NCBI GenBank assembly: GCA_038153405.1
Contig: JAYOYH010000001.1
Coordinates: 200,403 to 264,402 of the forward strand
DNA: 64,000 bases
DNA from: Gemmatimonadota bacterium
Lineage (GTDB): Bacteria; Latescibacterota; UBA2968; UBA8231
Direction: 5' to 3'
The notes beneath the pieces are model-generated. The model did not search any database. It worked only from the letters and a program-made list of their open reading frames with translations, and was not told where the DNA came from. The translations under genes and the position numbers were made by a program. The stretch's first letter is position 1, and each line of letters opens with the position of its first letter. Shown here piece by piece: positions 58,894 to 64,000 of the stretch.

Positions 58894-60054
58894 GTGGAAG
58901 TCGAAAAACGCCTTTCCCTGATTAACACCGACAAGCTGATTATCACTCTCTTTGTCCTTTTTCTATTTAGTCCAACGGCTCAGGATCTCCTGTTAAACTC
59001 GGGTTTGCGCTGGGCCTATTTGCTGCTTTTGGGCTTTGGCATTGCCTATGTTGGGACGCCAGCCTTTCACTGGCTCGCGCATCGGACGGGCGCAATCGAT
59101 ATGCCCAAGGGGCGCAAAGCGCACGAGATGCCCACGGCGCTGTTGGGCGGCGTGGCCGTGTTTGTCGCTTTTGCCGTCACCGTGCTATACAACTTTAGCT
59201 TTAACGATGAGCTAAAGGGCGTGCTGTTGGGGGGCCTGCTCGTTTTCTGCGTTGGTCTGCTCGATGATCTGCGCGAAATATCGGCCACCATCAAACTGGT
59301 TGCACAGCTGGGGGCGACGGCGATACTGATCCAGCACGGCGTGGTCATTAGCTTCTTGCCCGATGAGCTATGGGGCAATATCTGCGAGTGGATACTGACG
59401 GCTCTGTGGATCATCGGCATCACTAATGCCATCAATTTTCTCGATGGAATGGACGGACTCGCAACGGGTATTTGCGGCATTGTAGGCGTGTTTTTTGGCC
59501 TCGTAGCGCTGCAGAACCACCATGACTTTATGGTCTATCTGGCCTTGCCCTTAGTTGGATCCTGTCTGGGTTTTCTCCCCTATAACTTCCGCTTTTCGCG
59601 CGCGGCAGCGATTTTCCTGGGCGATGCTGGTAGCACGTTTCTCGGCTTTACCGTCGCCGCGCTAGGCATTATGGGGGAATGGGCTAGCGACTACGCCGTG
59701 CGCCTAATCGTGCCCGTGCTGATTCTCGGCGTGCCGATATTCGATATGACCTTTACGACATTTATGCGCATCAAGAGCGGCCATGTGCGCTCGTTTAAGC
59801 AATGGATTGACTACACGGGGCGAGATCACATACACCACCGCTTGGCCGGTCTGCGCATCGGTAACCGCAACGCGGTACTCGTCGTCTTCGCGGTGACGAT
59901 TTGGCTGGGGATGTCGGCCCTCGCCCTGAGAAATACTACCGGACTCAATGCACTGCTGCAGATCGGGCAATCGATTGTCGTGTTTCTCCTACTCGGTTTT
60001 TTTATGGTCTTTGTCCAGCGCAAATACGAGGAAATCGAGCAATCCAAGTCGTAA
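58894..60054 (+). CDS. Undecaprenyl-phosphate GlcNAc-1-P transferase (WecA/TagO-like)
   Basis: RKAH..PT.LLGG, GLLDD, NAINFLDGMDGL, FLGDAGS, HIHHRL. Confidence 0.9.
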   Translation: MEVEKRLSLINTDKLIITLFVLFLFSPTAQDLLLNSGLRWAYLLLLGFGIAYVGTPAFHWLAHRTGAIDMPKGRKAHEMPTALLGGVAVFVAFAVTVLYNFSFNDELKGVLLGGLLVFCVGLLDDLREISATIKLVAQLGATAILIQHGVVISFLPDELWGNICEWILTALWIIGITNAINFLDGMDGLATGICGIVGVFFGLVALQNHHDFMVYLALPLVGSCLGFLPYNFRFSRAAAIFLGDAGSTFLGFTVAALGIMGEWASDYAVRLIVPVLILGVPIFDMTFTTFMRIKSGHVRSFKQWIDYTGRDHIHHRLAGLRIGNRNAVLVVFAVTIWLGMSALALRNTTGLNALLQIGQSIVVFLLLGFFMVFVQRKYEEIEQSKS

Positions 60055-60254
60055 CTGCGCGGCTGTGGAAACTGTGCTGCGCTGGGGTTCAGTAGGACTT
60101 GGTATAGGTCGATACAACTTGACATTAAGCTAAGCAATCGCTATCCTTTGGTCCTCCTGCGCAGTTGGCCGCATCCCCAATAGATCACTGCCACAGCGGC
60201 TGATGGGCGCATGGGATACGAGGCGATTGACATGAGTCAAGAGAGGGGGCGGCG

Positions 60255-62444
60255 GTGCTGACACTAGACCAACTGGTGCCGGGTATCTCCGTCCTGGGCT
60301 TATCTCCCCACGGCGCGGCGACCATCCACCAGGTGCGTCGCTTTGGCACGGCCGGCGCCGAAGTTGCATTTATCGACGAGCGCGGCCGTTTGCAGCGCGC
60401 GCTGCTGTGCCGCGAGCACGAGGCGCAGCTTGCACTTGACGCCGATGCGCTGGCGTGGGATTTTGCCGCCGATTCAGCGCACTGGCGTTTAGCTGCTACG
60501 GCCAGCGATGTCCTACTCAATACTTTTCCCGGTGAAGTCGAGGACGCGCACAGTAGGCGCTTTCTCGCCGCCTCGCTGTCCAATGCCAAGCAAGATCGCC
60601 TGATCGACTTGGTCGACGAGCTCATGAGAGCCCCTGGTTTTCTCTACGACAGCGCCGTCGCCGCTACGCATATCCCCATAGACGCTTTTTTTCACGCCGC
60701 GCTGCTGGCCAGCGGTGGGCAGGGGAGCCGCGATACCAACGGGCTCTACGAAATTGCCGCCCTGCCCTCTTCGATTCGCGGCGAGCTGATTCCGCAGACG
60801 ATATCCTTTGCGCCCTATAGCGGTCAACGCAGTGCCGTCGAATGGCTGCACGCACAGCACCCGCTGCTGCGCGAACTGGCCGAGCAGGTCATGGCTAGTT
60901 ACGGCCGTGCTCTCCTGCAGGGTTCGGTGCTGGTCGTGCCCGGCCGCGGTCCGGTGCGCTTAGGTGCTCTGGTCGAGCACGGCATCGATGACGGCGGCGA
61001 CGAGGAGGCGAGCGCTTGGCGTTCGCTGCGCTGCATAGAGGTCGATGCCGACGGCCGGGTTGCCCTGGCCGGACAAAATCCGTGGTGGGCCTATCGCGTG
61101 CCCGACGAGCAAGAGTGCGCTCAGCTGCGGTTGGCGCACGGCACGTGGGACGTCAGGCCGCTGTTCGAGCAGGTCCTCGAGTGGAGCATCGCCCATACCG
61201 TGCCGACGCACCTAGAGGCGGTTCGGCGGGCGCGCCAATCCTTTTGCCAGCGTCTGGCCGAAGGGCTCAAGGTGCGCAGGAGCAGCGGCGATGATCCCGC
61301 GCGCGTCGACCTGCTGCGCGCCTTTATCGACGCTTGGGAAAGGGTGCCAATCATGCCTTCTCTACCCAAGATTGTCGGCGGGGTTTTACTGGTGCCCGAA
61401 GTGGTGGCCGAAGGCGAGTGGGAGCCCGGTGCGGCCGGTGCCGATGCGGCCGATGCGCTGCAGTTTATGAGCGAGAGCGCGGCGCCGCCGCCCGGCGCGC
61501 CAACAGGCCAGGACGAACGCAGCCGAAAAACGCATGCCGAGCGCAGTGCACTGCGCAACAGCCGCGGGCTCTATGCGGATATTCCCGGTTTGGTCGGCTC
61601 GGGTCCGCCGCCGGCGCATCGCACGGGTTCGGCGCGCGGCGCGCGTCCACCGAGGCTCGCCCAGTCGCAGGTCGGGCGGCTGGAAAAGGACGTGCAGCGC
61701 GCGTGGCGTGCGCACGAGGAGCGGCTGCAGGCGCTGGGTGTGGAGGTCGATGCCGACGTCGAATTGGCGCGGCGCAATCCGCTCGACAGGGGCATGGCGT
61801 TGTGGATTCCCAGCGGAGCATTTACCATGGGCGATCGCCTGGGCGACCGCGATGAGAAGCCCGTTCACCAGGTTCAAGTCGATGGGTTTTACATGGATGT
61901 GTATCCCGTCACACAGGGGCAGTTTCAACGCTTCGTGTTGGAAACGGGCTATCGCGTGGGCGAATGGAAGGGCCGGCCAGAAGCCGACGACCATCCCGCC
62001 GTTGAGGTGAGCTGGGACGATGCCGTACACTACTGCCAGTGGGCCGGCAAGCGCCTGCCCACGGAGGCCGAATGGGAGAAGGCGGCCCGAAGCGCCGACG
62101 GCAGGACCTACCCTTGGGGTAGCGACTACGACGCATCGCGCGTGTGCACTGTCGGGCGCGATTTTGACGGCACGGCGCCGGTGGGCAATTTCGCCACCGG
62201 CAACAGCCCCTATGGCCTGGGCGATATGGCGGGCAACGTATGGGAGTGGGTGGCCGATTACTATGCGGAAGACTACTATCGCTGGTGTCCGCTGAAAAAT
62301 CCCTACGGTCCGGACAGCGGTCAGCAAAACGTCCTGCGCGGTGGTGCGTGGATCTGCCATCGGCGCTACTTGCGCTGTGCCAAGCGCGAGCACCAACCCC
62401 CGCAGATGCGCAGCCGCTCTATCGGATTTCGCTGCGCCAGCTAG
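60255..62444 (+). CDS. SNF2-helicase-scaffold-like N-region (no motor) fused to FGE-sulfatase/SUMF1 domain
   Basis: C-terminal FTMG, E.PVH, VSWDDA..YC.W.GKRLPTEAEWEKAAR, DMAGNVWEW, RGGAW, GFRC; N-region has no Walker motifs. Confidence 0.8.
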   Translation: MLTLDQLVPGISVLGLSPHGAATIHQVRRFGTAGAEVAFIDERGRLQRALLCREHEAQLALDADALAWDFAADSAHWRLAATASDVLLNTFPGEVEDAHSRRFLAASLSNAKQDRLIDLVDELMRAPGFLYDSAVAATHIPIDAFFHAALLASGGQGSRDTNGLYEIAALPSSIRGELIPQTISFAPYSGQRSAVEWLHAQHPLLRELAEQVMASYGRALLQGSVLVVPGRGPVRLGALVEHGIDDGGDEEASAWRSLRCIEVDADGRVALAGQNPWWAYRVPDEQECAQLRLAHGTWDVRPLFEQVLEWSIAHTVPTHLEAVRRARQSFCQRLAEGLKVRRSSGDDPARVDLLRAFIDAWERVPIMPSLPKIVGGVLLVPEVVAEGEWEPGAAGADAADALQFMSESAAPPPGAPTGQDERSRKTHAERSALRNSRGLYADIPGLVGSGPPPAHRTGSARGARPPRLAQSQVGRLEKDVQRAWRAHEERLQALGVEVDADVELARRNPLDRGMALWIPSGAFTMGDRLGDRDEKPVHQVQVDGFYMDVYPVTQGQFQRFVLETGYRVGEWKGRPEADDHPAVEVSWDDAVHYCQWAGKRLPTEAEWEKAARSADGRTYPWGSDYDASRVCTVGRDFDGTAPVGNFATGNSPYGLGDMAGNVWEWVADYYAEDYYRWCPLKNPYGPDSGQQNVLRGGAWICHRRYLRCAKREHQPPQMRSRSIGFRCAS

Positions 62445-62467
62445 GCGGCGCAGGGACCTGCGCTGCT

Positions 62468-63652
62468 CTACTTTTCCAACAAGACAGCTTCGTCTATAGC
62501 GGGATCGACGATATAGAGCATGGGCTCTTCTTCGAGGTGGATGAGCTGTGTGTGTTGTACGTGTTTGCCGCGGTGGTCGAGCAGCGTTTCCACCAGCGGG
62601 CGCGTGGGATAGAGCTTGTTGGCGCCGACTACGCGGCCTATCTGGTTGTTATTTAATTTGACCAGACTGCCCAGAGGGAAAATCGATACGATGTTGATGA
62701 GGGCCTTGATGAGGCGCGGATCGAAGTGCTTGTTGCGCGTGTCAATAATCGTCGTCAGCGCGTTGTAAATGACGTGGGCCTTGCGGTCCGAGCGCGGATG
62801 GCCCAAGGCCTCATACATATCGGCCAAGCCGATGATGCGCGCATACTCGTGGATCTCATTACCGCGCAGCCCCTGGGGGTAACCGCTGCCGTCGTGCCGC
62901 TCGTGCACTTGGGCGATCACGTCGCCAGTCCACGCCAATTCTGCGCCCAGCGCCTCGACCATTTCGCGCGATTTGTTGGGGTGGTCGCGCAGTAGGCCGA
63001 GCTGCTCTGCGCTGAGCGTGGGGCTGTCGAAGACCTCTGCGGGTATGGTCAGCATACCGATATCGTGTGTGAAAGTGCACTGTCCGAGTTTGCGCAAGGC
63101 GCTTTCGTCGTAGTCGATCTCCAGTCCGAGACGGGTGGCGAGCAGCAGCGTGTTGGCCACCCGCTGGGTGCGTGGGGTATTGATCGTGCGCTGGCGAATG
63201 GCCTCGGTCAGCAGCTGATCGTCCTGGGCAAACGAGCGATATACCTGCTGCAGTATCTCGCCAAGCGCTTCCGTCTCGAGCGTGGAGCCATTTTGAGCTG
63301 CTTCAAAAACGCGTTGGACCACCGCGACCAGTTCGCTGTAGATCTGACTGGCTGCCAGCGTCTCCGACGGGGGATCGGCTGGCGCTTCGGTGGGGGCATG
63401 CGGCGGCGCCGATGGTGCGGATGGCTCTTGGATAGGCGCCTCTACCCGTTCGTCGACCTGGACCTTGTCCCTCTCGTTGTCGACGGGAGAGGGCGTCGCA
63501 AGGTCGGTTGGCTGCGAGGGGAGACTGGCCGCTGCCTGCGGTTTGTCCTCCGGCGTCGGGGCCGGAGCGAGCTGGGGTTGCTCTCGTTGAACGAGGGGCC
63601 CCGCATCGCGCGCCTGCCGGGTAGTGCGCAGCATATGGCGCATTCTAAACAC
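62468..63652 (-). CDS. HD-GYP domain protein with Pro-rich N-terminal linker
   Basis: HDIGM, HERHDGSGYP, ARIIGLAD.YEAL, FDP, FP.GS.V.L. Confidence 0.88.
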   Translation of the reverse strand: MFRMRHMLRTTRQARDAGPLVQREQPQLAPAPTPEDKPQAAASLPSQPTDLATPSPVDNERDKVQVDERVEAPIQEPSAPSAPPHAPTEAPADPPSETLAASQIYSELVAVVQRVFEAAQNGSTLETEALGEILQQVYRSFAQDDQLLTEAIRQRTINTPRTQRVANTLLLATRLGLEIDYDESALRKLGQCTFTHDIGMLTIPAEVFDSPTLSAEQLGLLRDHPNKSREMVEALGAELAWTGDVIAQVHERHDGSGYPQGLRGNEIHEYARIIGLADMYEALGHPRSDRKAHVIYNALTTIIDTRNKHFDPRLIKALINIVSIFPLGSLVKLNNNQIGRVVGANKLYPTRPLVETLLDHRGKHVQHTQLIHLEEEPMLYIVDPAIDEAVLLEK

Positions 63653-63788
63653 GGCTGTCGTTTCTCTCTGATGACATGGCCAATATCTAAGAATTATCTG
63701 AGATCGCGCAGGTGGGAGTGTTGGGATAAATAAAGCAAATATAGGTAATATGGGGGTTACGGGCTACCGCAAATCCGGATGGGGTCGA

Positions 63789-63826
63789 CAACTTAGACGC
63801 GTACGAACTCGCACTCGTCTAAGTTG
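63789..63826. repeat. 11-bp perfect inverted repeat upstream of HD-GYP gene
   Basis: CAACTTAGACG-N16-CGTCTAAGTTG. Confidence 0.55.
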
Positions 63827-64000
63827 CTGGTGGGCGTGTAGCTTCTGACTAGCCCGTCTGTCCCAGAATCAATTGATCAAATTGGCTGGCGGCCTCTTGG
63901 CCGCGAATGGTCCGAAGCTAGGGTTTGGTATTGAGGTATTTGATATTGACCGGATGCGTTGATTTGGTCCGTTTAGGTTGAGAGGTTTTGGGTTAGAATG

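Noticed and set aside
58894..60054. The missing mraY
   Set aside because: RKAH and HIHH motifs and the polysaccharide-locus context indicate WecA/TagO type.
61386..62396. 336-aa minus-strand ORF
   Set aside because: Antisense shadow of the FGE-sulfatase domain in GC-rich DNA.
1..64000. CRISPR array, IS element, prophage, rRNA
   Set aside because: No regularly spaced repeats, cas, transposase, phage structural genes or rRNA-like sequence recognised by eye.

Overview
64 kb of GC-rich bacterial chromosome, mostly core genes. A secreted protein with a FlgD/T9SS-type C-terminal domain suggests an FCB-group organism such as Ca. Latescibacterota; this is inference only. In order: partial ecfA, lipoprotein hydrolase, GT2 and GT-C, two divergent flagellins with back-to-back sigma28 promoters, queA-ispDF-dedA, rplM-rpsI-rpsB-tsf-frr (no pyrH), degenerate GGDEF, UbiA, tRNA-Ala, thiolase, an ssb paralog, an orphan methylase-TRD fusion followed by PqqD, nucleotidyltransferase, Wza and cysK, a matrixin/YVTN protease pair, a Cys-rich MerR heading iscA-iscS-moeZ, trmB, a pruned dcw cluster (no mraY, murD, murG, murB, ddl), kptA/Tpt1, a 13-gene surface-polysaccharide locus led by a Wzc with a SPOR-like extension, a motorless SNF2-scaffold/FGE-sulfatase fusion, and an HD-GYP gene. 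The most unexpected signal is inside murF: a CpG-depleted, rare-codon segment (35854-36063) that folds by eye into a ~210-nt rod of about 67 base pairs. Its unpaired purine-rich loops are complementary to linkers in the murF-ftsW spacer, where the ftsW RBS sits in a hairpin. No CRISPR array, transposase or integrase was seen.
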